Source: Perna viridis
Lineage: Eukaryota
Length of the DNA: 64,000 bases
Reading direction: 5' to 3'
Assembly: GCA_037379345.1 (NCBI GenBank)
Contig: CM074524.1
Location: forward strand, 22,130,750 to 22,194,749
Both the position numbers and the translations under genes were made by a program. Numbering within the stretch: position 1 is the stretch's first letter; each line of letters opens with the position of its first letter. Shown here one piece after another: positions 1-13,000 of this stretch. The notes under the pieces are model-generated. The model was not told where the DNA came from. It searched no databases and saw only the letters and a list, made by a program, of their open reading frames with translations.

Positions 1-51
1 GAATAACCATTATAACATCCTAAATAAACTTGTATACAATAGTTGCATATA

Positions 52-404
52 CATTACTCAAGATGTTTAGGTTTCCTGCATGCATGATACCTAAATGCAC
101 CCTACATGTAAATGCTCACCGAATGCACAATGAATAATCTTGTGTTTAAAGGAATGCTCCCATTGTGCATTTAAGCCCACTATAAAGTATGCTCCCAGCA
201 TGCTTTCAAACCCAATAAAAATGAATGGCCTTAATGTACGTTTAAACAAACAATACACGAATGCTCATAGCCTGCATTTATATGCCTGATAGACGAATGA
301 TGAAAAATAATATCAACAAATATTAATGATGAGAGTAAAAATTGAAAATAGAATTAATGAAATTACGAAATCTAAAATGGGAAATGTGAACATTTCAAGG
401 AGTG
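52..404 (+). mobile_element. Degenerate, CpG-decayed copy of the TA-flanked MITE found intact at 55770-56259
   Basis: Right end TTTCAAGGAGTG-TA is identical to the other copy. Left end and internal repeats align, with many CG to TG/CA changes. Confidence 0.7.
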
Positions 405-482
405 TATATTTGACATAATCATGATCAGCTGAATGCCCAAGAGACAATGATATTGCCTGAAATGTTGATACAGGGACCTTGA

Positions 483-492
483 GCTGAGTCAC
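483..492 (-). promoter_or_regulatory. Candidate antioxidant response element (ARE/AP-1) GTGACTCAGC in the intron upstream of in-window exon 1
   Basis: Exact RTGACTCAGC match; GCLC is a known Nrf2/CNC target in other animals; function untested. Confidence 0.3.
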
Positions 493-707
493 AGGCAATA
501 TCACTTCCAATGGACAGTTGACACTATACATAAGGAACTTGTGTTTATTTCATTGAAGAATCTGAAGTGGACATTACTGGATGGTAAAATGACCTCTTGA
601 CAATTGACATTCTTTTATGAATACCATGTCTTTTTTTATCATTAGTTTATACATATAGGTATTGAACTGTTGATATGCATGCATTACATGTATTTTAAAA
701 GTATTCA

Positions 708-783
708 CATTGTACATGTAATTTAATATGTACATTGTACATGTAATTTAGTATGTACATTGTACTTGTACATACACATGTAT
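708..783. repeat. Minisatellite, ~25-bp unit (CATTGTACATGTAATTTAATATGTA) x ~3
   Basis: Visible tandem repeat. Confidence 0.7.
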
Positions 784-914
784 GCACTTAGGGAAATGCA
801 AGTTTCACCACTTTTATTAGAAAAAATTAAGCTTCCCCATTTGGCAACAAACAAAAAGCTACTTATTATGATTGAGGATTATTGTTAAATCAATGACAAA
901 GTTATATATTTCAG

Positions 915-1024
915 GTTGAGTACATGATAGTGAAGTTTGACGATGAGAATAAAACGGCTAAACTAAGCCTGAATGCTGGAGAAGTTCTGAATAATCTTCA
1001 ACAATGTGAAAAACTGTGTCCACA
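915..1024 (+). CDS. GCLC: GCLC in-window exon 1 ([19 protein letters not shown]...)
   Basis: ttcag|GTTGAG...CCACA|gtaagt; phase 0 in, phase 2 out. Confidence 0.93.
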
Positions 1025-4000
1025 GTAAGTACTTGTATTATGATATGCATTACTGGTTAATTGGAAATTTTGGCTGCAATCTCATTTTTGTGTCATTTTA
1101 TGGCTCCCAAAAGACTGGAAAATTTTAAATCATAAATAGGACTTTTAAAAGTTACACTGATTAATAGTATAGGCTAAAAACCACTAATTCCACTTTCCAT
1201 AGGCTTCTATGCTAATTTCACAATATTCAATGGCTTCTCTGGACTTTACCTTAACTTTAACCTGCAGAGGACTACATATCAGCATGATTCTACATATGTC
1301 AGCTCACAATCCTCAGAATGGCATGTGGGGTTAGCAGACTTGCAGTGCAGTACTGGTCACCGGAAGTGAAGGGTCTGTAAATAGCATGGGAAATCCCAGT
1401 GTTTTCACAAGATAGGGGTATATTTAAAAATCATTATGGAGATTAGGCTTCACATCACAAGAAGCAAAATGCACCTATAAAATGTACAGAAATGTTTTTC
1501 CTTTCAGAAACTGTTTAAATTTTTAAAATAAGATGAGAACTTTTTTCACAGCACTATGAGGAACAGGGGTAATTTCTGCGTAGGACTATTTTTGCGTACG
1601 TTCCAAATGCTCATTTGTTGAATTGGTGGTCTGTAACCTAAAGAGTCACTTTTTGTCATAGGAAAAATAAATAACTATACAGGTATCTTCCTACACACAT
1701 ACTGAATGCATTTGCAAAGTTTCAGTGAAATGTGACAAGCACTTTTTTAAATATTTGATTTTTAAATATAGGGTAACCAAGTTGTGCGAGCAAAAAAGTG
1801 ACAATATTCTACCATACTTAAATGCATTAAATATTTGCAAAGAACTTTTTCTGACTTTTCAAATAAAAAATATCAATCACAACTTGTTTTTTAACAATAT
1901 TAATGAAGAAATAGTTTTAAAAGTAATCATTTTCTGAGAAATTGGTCTATTTTTAAAAATTTATTTCTGACATGCCTCCCCTTTTTCTTGATCACATGTC
2001 AAAAATCTTAAATCTTTAAATTTTCACAAAAGGTGATACATTTGGCTTTAAATTTGTAAATACAGTGTTTTCACATTAAAACATGACCAGTAAAGGGCAC
2101 CTAAAGCAAAAAAAAGTACTCAATAATGGATTTTCCATGTTGCCATAGGGGAATGCTGATATGGCCTTAACCGCAGTAATGAAAGTGAGTTTTTCCTCAT
2201 TTCTAACCTAATTTTTGCTCAAATCTACACAAAACTTGATTTCTAGTGCTTATTACCACCATATTTAGGTAAATATAGCCCTCCAAGTTTTATATTTGAT
2301 ATTTTTACTAAATTTTCTACACTTGATAGGACATAAAAATCAGCCAAAAAGACCAATTTTCCATAATTTGGACCTATAACTTAAAAAAATGCATATTTTG
2401 AAGGATTTTTGTAGTGTATTCCTCTCATGGCAAAGTTAACAAGATCTTCAAGTAGTTTAAAGCTATTTCAAGAAACTTTTCATTTTGCCATGGCTTCATT
2501 TTAAGGCTAAAAACCACTAATTCCACTTTCCATAGGCTTCTATGCTAATTTCACAATATTCAATGGCTTCTCTGGACTTTACCTTAACTTTAACCTGCAT
2601 AGGACTATATATCAGCATGATTCTACATATGTCAGCTCACAATCCTCAGAATGGCATGTGGGGTTAGCAGACTTGCAGTGCAGTACTGGTCACCGGAAGT
2701 GAAGGGTCTGTAAATAGCATGGGAAATCCCAGTGTTTTCACAAGATAGGGGTATATTTAAAAATCATTATGGAGATTAGGCTTCACATCACAAGAAGCAA
2801 AATGCACCTATAAAATGTACAGAAATGTTTTTCCTTTCAGAAACTGTTTAAATTTTTAAAATAAGATGAGAACTTTTTTCACAGCACTATGAGGAACAGG
2901 GGTAATTTCTGCGTAGGACTATTTTTGCGTACGTTCCAAATGCTCATTGGTTGAATTGGTGGTCTGTAACCTATATGACCTGCCTGTTTCTCGTTTTTCT
3001 TTATGATGTTTTAACAAAAAAATCATGATTTTGTACAATTATTTCAATGTTCCAAAATTACCTGTTTTAAGAAAAATGTCACATATTTTGAAAATAATAA
3101 AGGGTGGTGATAGTTTTGTAAAAAGTCTGCAATATTGCTGTTTGAAGACCACAGTACCTCCGTTTTGATTGTTGTCACTGTAGTGTTTTAAGCTCCATTT
3201 GATTAAAGCTTGAATTATTAAGCTTTTCTCTTCAAGACAATTTAAACAGCAGAAAGTTAATCTACCAATGGTTTGGTTTCAGTTAATGTTCCATATTTTA
3301 TACATTGTATATTTTAAAATGGTTGTTCATATTTGTTATCTAATGGAATTTTCACCTTGTTCTAAATTGTGTATTTTTCAGGGTGCAAGTCATGCTTTAA
3401 AATCACATGTGCATATATAAAAATGTAGATCTATTTTTTAACCCTACTATAGGTAGAACAGTACTATATTTTGTATTTGTCATCATTTTAGATTGGCCTT
3501 TTCTGCATTCTATAAATACTTCTGAACATTTTGATTGGACAAATTGTGCTGATGTTCAAAATTCAAAATGTTTTTTGAAAATTATTTTATTTAAGTTTTA
3601 TGATTTTTTAAAAATTTGTGTGCCATTAGCAGAAAAAGGGGAACTTTGACCCCTTAATTATCTGCTTGAAATAAAACATGTAAACTGTTTGCTATGACTT
3701 TGCTCACATTTTCAGTTAGGAAAATGACAATATAGTTAGGGCCCGCCACAAAAAGTGGGGTTCACCCTATTGTTATTACTCTGTCCATGTGTCTGTCCCT
3801 CTGTCTGTTACAAATCGTGTCCGGGCTGTAACTTTTTTGTCTTGTGATGTAGGCTTTATATATTTTGCATGTTGGTAGATTACCCAAAGACATTGTGTCA
3901 TGTTCCATGGATGTGGGCCTATAACCTTGAACACTGACATCATGGACAAATTCCTGTTTTTCACTGACCAACTGGTGTTCGGGCTGTGTTTTGTGTTTTT

Positions 4001-7000
4001 GTCTTTCTATGTAGACTTTTGATATTTTGCATGTTGGTAGATAACCTAAAGACAATGTGTCACATACCCATAGATATTAGCCTGTGACCTTGAACTTGAC
4101 CTCAAAATCAGATTTCTGTTTTTCATTGACAAACTTGTGTCCAGGCTGCAACTTTTTTTGTCTTTCAATTAGGGCTTTTGATATTTTGCATGTGGGTAGA
4201 TCATGTAAAGATGATGTTTCATATGTCACAGATTTGGGCCAATGACGTTGAACTTTGACTCCAAGGTCAAATTTCTGTTTTTCTCAGTGACAAATTTGTG
4301 TAGGGCTGTAACTTTGTTGTCTTTCGATACAGGCTTTTGATATTTAGCATATGGGTAGATCACCTAAGGACATTGATTCACGTACCATGGATAGTGGTCT
4401 GTGACCTTGAACTTTGACCTCAAGGTCAAATTCCTGTTCACTCTTGTTCAGGCTGTAACTTTTTTTCTCTTATGATGTGGGCATGTGGGTTAATCAGCTA
4501 ACTAAATCAAATTTGTATATACATGTATGGCTTAATTGCCATAGAGGGGCCCACAGAGATGGATTCCATCTCAATGATTTCTAGTTGGAACAAAGTCGTT
4601 TTATAGCTCAGTCACTGTTTTTAAAGGATGAATTTTGTTGAGTATTTGGGAAACCAGTAGTATTATTCTACCTATATAACTACCTGAAAAAGTACTAAAT
4701 AGACTTTCAACTAGGACATAATTTGTTCCTTTACATGTTTACATTTATAAATGCCATTGAATTAATATTGCTAATATTAACCCAGTATATACCAGTATTC
4801 ATATTTGAAAGTTTTTAAAATGCCTACTAACACCAATGTCTATAAAAGACTTCGCATTATATATGCTCAATCATTTAAACATTGATAGTATTCTTCATTG
4901 ATGACAAATTACATAGCCATTATTTAACTAAAAATTTGTATAAATTGATGATGTTTTACGGTAAGATGTAGGTGGAAAAATACAACATAACAAACTCAAC
5001 CAATACATAAAGAATCATTCAAATAGAACACATATGTTATCCACTATTCTTTTATTATTTTTGTTTAAAAAATAAAAAAATGCTTTAAAGTTCATTTCTG
5101 GTATTGAAATATATGATAAACAGATTAATACACAGCTTCTTTAATATTGCCCTTTTTATTGGTAAAACCCTCATCCAATATGAAGATCTAGAGCTGATAA
5201 CACTGTTAAAGAGACCATGTATTTATCTATAGATCTTGACAGTTGTTTGATTTTGAACTTTATGTGAAGTCTGTGAAAAAAAGCTCAAAATTCTTGCATT
5301 TATTTCTAGTATTTTACAATTAGGTTGTCCTTTAGTTATCAATGTTTTAATTTTTCTATTCAAAGCATTAATTTTGAATAGCATGCAAGCTTTAATGACA
5401 ACAAGTTGTAATCTGAATTGCACTATCAAGAGTAGAAATAATTTAAATCAAAACTTGGGTTTCTTGTATGAAAATATTTAAAAGTTAAAAAAATTAAGAA
5501 ATAAATCTTGAAAACTCCATTTTATCATTGTTTTACCATGGGTTCAACATTTATGCTACAATATTTAAAAATATTGGCATAAGTGGTCAGCCTGTGTAAA
5601 ACAATGATGAAATGATGTTTCCATGATTTAATTCAATTCTATCAGGACAATTACAGCATTTTTTACATTTTTATGTCCTATTACGGTAACCTTAGACCCG
5701 TCATATTTGTCCATATTTGGCTGTACACTTTATCCTATGTCAATTAAAATGGTTGGTAACGAAACTTTGCTTTGTATTGTTTATAATGAAGGAAAGGGCA
5801 AATAAAGTTGAATGATGTTAGATATGGCAATATTTGTTTGCATGAGAAGGTCAATGTCACTCACAGAGTTCATGCATGAACAGGTCCAATGTTTCATTCA
5901 TTGACAGTTGTTTTCATACATGATGGCGCATGTGGCACGCGGCGAGTGTTACCGTGTACATGTGCAAGTCATTTTTACAGAATATGATACAACTTTTCTA
6001 AAACATAATGTTTGATATTTGTATTAAATATGAATTTGATGCTCATTCACACTACTGAAATGAATGAAAACAACTGATACACATCGGAATGTTACATGTG
6101 TTTGTTTACATAATTAAGGTGGGCAGTAATGTACACACACACAAGCCATGCCCAATAAGTCCCATGCTGCTCATATAGCAATCGAAAATCAAACACAGTT
6201 GTGGTCTCAAAGCCTTTTAAGGAAGTCATGTTAGAATATAAAAATAACTGGCTGCTTTGAGATGAAATAGGCTCATGTGTATTTCATCATGCATTCAAAT
6301 GGAAGACATTTAGTTATAAGTATAAATATACAAAAAAAAATGTATAACATTTCTAGCCATAATTTACCTTCTTTTCCACTTTAATTGGTGTAACAAAACA
6401 CTTCCTTTGTTTACTCATTACATTATGCATTGTTATAAGTTTCATTCTTTATTTTGTGTCTGAAAAGTATGATAAATACATGTACATGTAACTTAGTACC
6501 CACAAAATACTAGTTATTGTTTCTTCCACAAATGTCCATAATTGACCATATTGAATCTGACTTTCCAAAAAAAATCAGTACTTTTTAAATGTTTTTATAC
6601 CATTAAACTGAGGGTACAGTACAGAAAGTAGAATGGAGTGTTGTTAGATCCTTCATGCAGTGACTGAATGGAACTGAATAAGTCTAATTGTAATTGATTA
6701 ATGATGAAGTTAATTGGACTGTCTCATGTCTCTCAGGTATTCTAAATTCTAAAATATCTCACATGGGGAAGTCACATGATATTCTTAAATTTTATGGTGC
6801 AAAAGATAGTATCAGTCAATAAGATTCTTTGAATAGCAGAGAAAACTCTTTGATTTTCTTATATTTGGTAAGAATGGCCCGTTCTTTTGACATGGAATGG
6901 GTGATTTCAAAATTGTCCTTGGCCAATAATATGAATAATGCATTATTTTACACAAAAATGACTCAAGTCGCTCGATCTTTTTGGATAATTTTTGTATTTT

Positions 7001-10000
7001 AAAGGTCAGTGGCCCATAACTTCCCTTTCTAAGTGATTCCTGGAATTGTTGACTTTTCTGATCAATATTTTTACAGGGACCACCCCACAACATGGAGACC
7101 AGAATATGCAGCATATATGGTGGAAGGGACCCCAGGAAAACCTTATGGTGGTCTATTAGCTCACTTCAATGTAGTGGAATCTAATATGAAATTAAGGTGA
7201 GGTGTTATTAGCACTATCTGTATTTAGAAACGCTGGGCATTCATTTGAACATAGTCAGTGGATTCAAATTGGTGTAAATATGTCTATGGTTTTATTAAAA
7301 TGTGAAATCAATATTGATGATTCAGAGTCCGTTATTCAGACGTCAACAAAATAAATGTCCTATTGAAGAAGACAGTTGACATTGATTGGAAAGGGAGGGT
7401 GGAAACAACCTCTTTTGGTATTTAAAATGGACTAAGAAAATTATATAAAAGTAGATATTGGATGGAAACAGAACAGATATAGACAAATCTGTCTTAGTGA
7501 CCACCTGATTTGTATGAAAAGATTGATTTGAATATTCATATGTAGTGCATTCTATATAAAATTAATCAGTATACAGAAGACCACCTGCTTTGACACTGAC
7601 CAACTTTATACTGAGGGGGTGGGGGCTGGGATTATTTTGAAAAAAAGGAAATTATTCCAAATTTGAGCAGCTGCTGAAAAAAAAATCATTTTCCGGCTTT
7701 CTCAACATAAAATCCCAGGCCCCCTTAAGAAGAAAATGGTCTGTGCCTTATGCAGCCATGATTTTTCTGTTCCTTGGAAGGTTTGACAGTGATCTTTTTC
7801 ATGATATCTTTCTTCCATATTGCAACTGTGACAAGCAGATAAGATAAAAGGGATGTGGTTTGGTTGTTCATCCTGTCATTAACTTAAAATCAACATCCTA
7901 CAACGTATTATTGTGAAAGTACTTTTACTCGCGGATACCAATTTTCGTTGATTGGGGAAGAAACACAAGTTCACAGATTCTTAAATTCGTGGTTTTGAGG
8001 TTTTCAGTATACACATCGATGGAAATCTCCATTTTTTGGTAACCAAATTTCATGGTTTGGCCTACCCACGAAAACCACAAAAATTGGTACCCCATGAACA
8101 ATAATACTTTCACAGTATGAGTGGATCTAGTACTTTAGTCCTGAAAGGATAATTTGTGACAAATCCTTTAATTTTCAATGTCAAACATAATTAACAAAAT
8201 GGTTGAAATGTTGAGTGGATACCATAATTTGCCGTATCCTTCCATGTAATAGACCACAACAAGATATATTGTCATTGCTCATATTTAATTTTATTGTTTT
8301 TGAGACCGGTATATTTTCCTATACAATTGTATTGGGTATTTAAAAGGATATTTTCTGATAATTGCATACTCCTGTTAATAGTGCTTTTTCACATTTACAG
8401 AATGCAAGCCATTTTAGCAATTTATTTTTTAAAGGGACAGTAAAAAAACCAATCAGTCTGGTTGGAAAGTTACTTCCCTTTGCTTAAAATGAAAAACAAA
8501 AGTCAAAGTCAGGAACATGAAAGAGGACTATTGCATTATTATTTCTTACAAATAGGCTATGCATTTAACATGAATCTATTGTAGTGAGTACTAATTAATC
8601 CAGATGATTATTAGTAGTACATTACTAGGATTTATATATATATATTATGTTAGAAAAGAACAGGTTTAGAAATTTAAAGAGGGATATAGGTGACCTAATA
8701 GATATTGTAGGTGTTAGATTAACATTTAAAAAATAATGACTTTAAGACCATTAAAAGTCAGTCTAAATATAGGTGTTAAAAGCCAAGATCTTAATCCTGT
8801 CACTAAAGACTCTTTTTCAGGAGATTTTACTGAATGGGAAAGTAGTAGAACCATGAATGAAAAAAAATGTTTTGCCACTTTTCTATACCCATCTTTATAG
8901 CAGTATATAGTGATTAGGATTTCCTTCTGTTTACCCATATGTCTATCTATCACACTGTTGTATTCTCAAAACTGAAACTTCCAGCAAATGATTATCGTGG
9001 TGTAGTAGGTAATTTTAATTGGGATGCTTATATTGGTTCATTTCAGTGGCCTGTCATAAAAAAATGCCAAATTAAATTCTGCAAAATATTTACTGTGGGC
9101 TTAAGTACTTAGTACACCAATTACCATCCACCAAAATTATAATTGCCAAGTTGTTTCATATACCTTATTGCCTTTAACATTCCAAATTTTACACCTGCCA
9201 AAATAACCTGCCATATGGTTTTAGATGATGCCATTGTGCATCTGCTATTTTGGTATTTGCTTTAAGGAGGTATCCTTTAGTGAGCTTTTGTTCAAAGTTT
9301 TTTTCTGGTTTACGCATATATAGTTATTCTGTAAAGAAATCATTCTGACATAGCTGAATAGGATTGGAAATTATAGTGGTTAATTGTTTTTAATGATTTT
9401 TTTTATAGACGGAAAGAAATTCAGCAAGCTCTTGGACCAAATGAAAAACCACTGAGTTTAACAGCGTACCCCAGGTATGTACAAAATGTGCATACAAATC
9501 ATCATAAATGCATAAAGCAACAAACACAGAAATTTATTAAAAAAAAGAAAGCTATATATTGTGAAAAAGGAGAATATTATCACATGCTTAGAATTCAATA
9601 TCGACAAATAAAGCAGATATTCAATGTAATGTGAATTATTATTCTCATACAAACTCCAGGTGCACTGGTAGGGTAAGCACCCTTTGTTTTTCTAAAAATA
9701 CTTGTCAAGCAGCTCATAAAAAGTCAAGTCCTGGGTAGAAGAAAGATGAAAGGAAAACTATAACACATAGAACAAATTCTCATATTGAAAATGGAATATA
9801 TTCATTAATACACAATGTATATGAAGGGGGGTTCAAATTAGTGAAAAACAATAGAAATTCAGCCCTTGGAATGTCATGTTTGGCACTTTTCTGGTTGATA
9901 CTTCATTTTTCTTCATTCATTTTTATGCCAACCTTTCTTGTAAAAGGCTGGTAATTTTTTAAAACGTCTAGATCACAGGGCCAAAATTTATAAAACAAAC

Positions 10001-13000
10001 AAAATAATTTTTCAAAGTATTATTTTAATTGTAGAATGAATTCAAGTTGTTCAAGTATTAGATACATGTATAATGTAAAGTTATTCACATCTTATATAAA
10101 AAGATTTATCACTAATCCTCTTACACTATTTTACATAACTTGTTACATTATAAAGACTGCTTATTATGTAGAAAATGTCTATTGATTTACAAATTAATGT
10201 TCATGTCAGTGATGTCCTGATGGCTACTACAAAGAAACAATTGCAACATATGTTTTTCATATGCTTTGAAAACACCTGCAGAACATATGTGTATGACGAG
10301 TTTCATAAGCTTATGACCACCATGATAAATGTGTGATGATTTTCATATGTTCAGGACCACCATGATAAACATGTGTGATGATTTTCATATGTTTAGGACC
10401 ACCATGATAAACATGTTTTTGATTAACTATTACATGTTTTCAGTAGGATCTCATTTGTATGAAAAGAGTTTGGTTTTCATATAATTTGAAAGAAATGATT
10501 TCATGAATTTTTAAATGCACAAAAACTTACATATTCCCATATTGATCATAAACATATGTTTCCATATCTTTCAATACATATGGAAAATATGTTGTAGTTT
10601 TGCATGTGTTCATTGTATATGTATTTTGTAAATATGCTGGGGCTACATTATCATATTGTTATGACATTTGTATTTTTTTGGGCACTGTATCAAGGGTTTG
10701 TCTGTCTGTCCATTCATCAACACATTTTTGCAAGCACAAATTCTTGAAAACTAAATGAAATACTGAATTAAACTTTTTACATGTGTTATTTACTGTTTGA
10801 AGATGTAATTGATATGATTTGGTTAAATTCGGGTACATATGTTTGTAAAAGTTTGATTTTTTTTCATGAAAAATCTTAGATCAGATCTTGATAACATGTG
10901 CAGATTCTCAGAAACTAATACATTATTGAGAACTGAAATTCTTTCTATTAATTATAATACAATGGTGTCCATAATAAACATTTGAATAGTAAAATTAGAT
11001 AAATATTTTTGTGCTTTTCTTTGACTTATATTTTATTGTTTTAGACTTGGAGTAGGAAGTTTTACAATTCCAGAGACGAAAACAACACCACAAGATGGTG
11101 CTTCAAAGTCACTTTTCTTCCCTGATGAAACAATATTCCAAGGTCACCCTAGATTTAGGTAATATTTTGTATTCATTTTAAGATTCTTTTTTATGTTAGA
11201 AAATGATACCATGCATTGTTTTTAAATGGGATTATAATATAGTGTTTTTAAGGTGTGAATGTTGGCTGTTACATTCCATGTATAAAGAATAACTTAATGT
11301 GAACTTACTAATTTTTTCTTACTTAAACTTTTGCGATAATCAAATGACTATAAAAAAAAATAGTACAGTCATATTGTTCCTTTTACACTATAAAAATGTT
11401 ATTATTTTTCAAAAACCGCATGAGCCATACCTGCAAATATGTTCATTTGAAAATGATCTTGAAAGTTGATATGTTTTCAGGACTTTTTTTTTATTCTCAT
11501 GTTTCTAAGCTTATTGGTGGAGTTGCTTTCATGTAAATTGGCTGATAGAGTGGTAAATGTTGATGGAGTTAAGGGGGGGGTTGGACAGGGAATTATTTTT
11601 GTAACATGTTTTCAGTGACTATAAATCACCGCCGCTAGATATTCGGTAGGCAACTTCACTATGGAGTCTCATATTGTGGGATGTGATTTCATGACTGTCA
11701 CACCTCTACATCATGTTTGCGACAACCAAGTCATTTCTGTCTTCGACCAATTTTTCTTGTGTGTATTGTAAACATTTTGAAAGGAATTGGTTGGAGTTAA
11801 TCATGTACTATGAGTTGTACACAGTTTTGAAGGCTAGGCAGTATACTCTCCTGGTTGGTTTTATTTGTATATATGTCTGATTGAGTAGTTGTCTTGTAGA
11901 AATTCTCAACTATAAAAGAAATACTGTCTTTTAATAAATTATGAGAAGTTATATATCATTATGGAAATGACTGAAGTGCGATGATGATGTATTTTACTTT
12001 TTCAGGACTTTATCAAGGAATATTAGACAGCGGAAAGGCAGCAAAGTTGAAATCCAAATTCCTGGTAGGTATATTTGGTTGAATTTCTGTTTTATAGAAT
12101 TTGTCAATCAATTCATGAAAAAGTCAGTATATTATACCCCCATTTATGGAGTAGGTGGTATATTAGTACCATCTTGTTCCTCCATTATTCTGTCTTCCAA
12201 TTTTGTATGTGGTTTTATATAGAATGGGCATATGTTATAAGTGATCTTGGTTGCTGTCAAACATCAACATCTTGTGGAGGTATACCTAGTACATGTGCAG
12301 CTTCATGTATTTATTTGATGAGTCAACCCTTTGGCATCATACAAAATCTCAGAGACTTCTTATGTATATATGTATTTATACTGGTATAAGAATCTACAAA
12401 ACAATTAAGCCAAGATTAATCCTGGCATCACTTGTTTGTAGTATATGATTAAGAGATTATTAGATACATTCTTTACTATTTAGCCCTTGTTCATATTTTA
12501 CCTTTTGGCCCAGCAGCTCTTGGACAGTTATGTAGTACGAGGCAAGTTGCTACCGATCAGCTTTAAATTTGTGTTAAAGAATTAAGGCTGTATTTGAAAA
12601 TGATATATGATTATGAATTGCTTGAACAGAATTTAATGCTAAATTAATGAATAACAACAGTAATTTCCTGTTTTATAGTTTTTAAAGATGTTAATACAAA
12701 GTCTCCATTTGTCGAGGACTACAACCAGTTAGGTGATGATGGTGAAGCAGCTCGGACAGCCAAACCTGACCATATCTACATGGACTGTATGGGGTTTGGC
12801 ATGGGATGTAGCTGTTTACAAGTCACATTCCAGGCTTGCAATATTGATGAAGCTAGACTTCTGTATGACCAGCTAGCACCCCTCTGTCCAATAATGGTAT
12901 ATAACAAATATATATTAATATTCAGAAAAAAACTTGACTTGGTATTAGAAAGGTTCATTTGTTGGAGAATTTGTCACCTGGATAATTGGTCATTTATTAT

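Noticed and set aside
1172-2971. LTR retrotransposon/TRIM interpretation
   Set aside because: No TG...CA ends, PBS or PPT; the repeats have their own TIRs and TWWA flanks
3694-3703. Loose ARE matches ATGACTTTGC (also ATGACATAGC at 23260)
   Set aside because: Roughly two such hits are expected by chance in 25 kb
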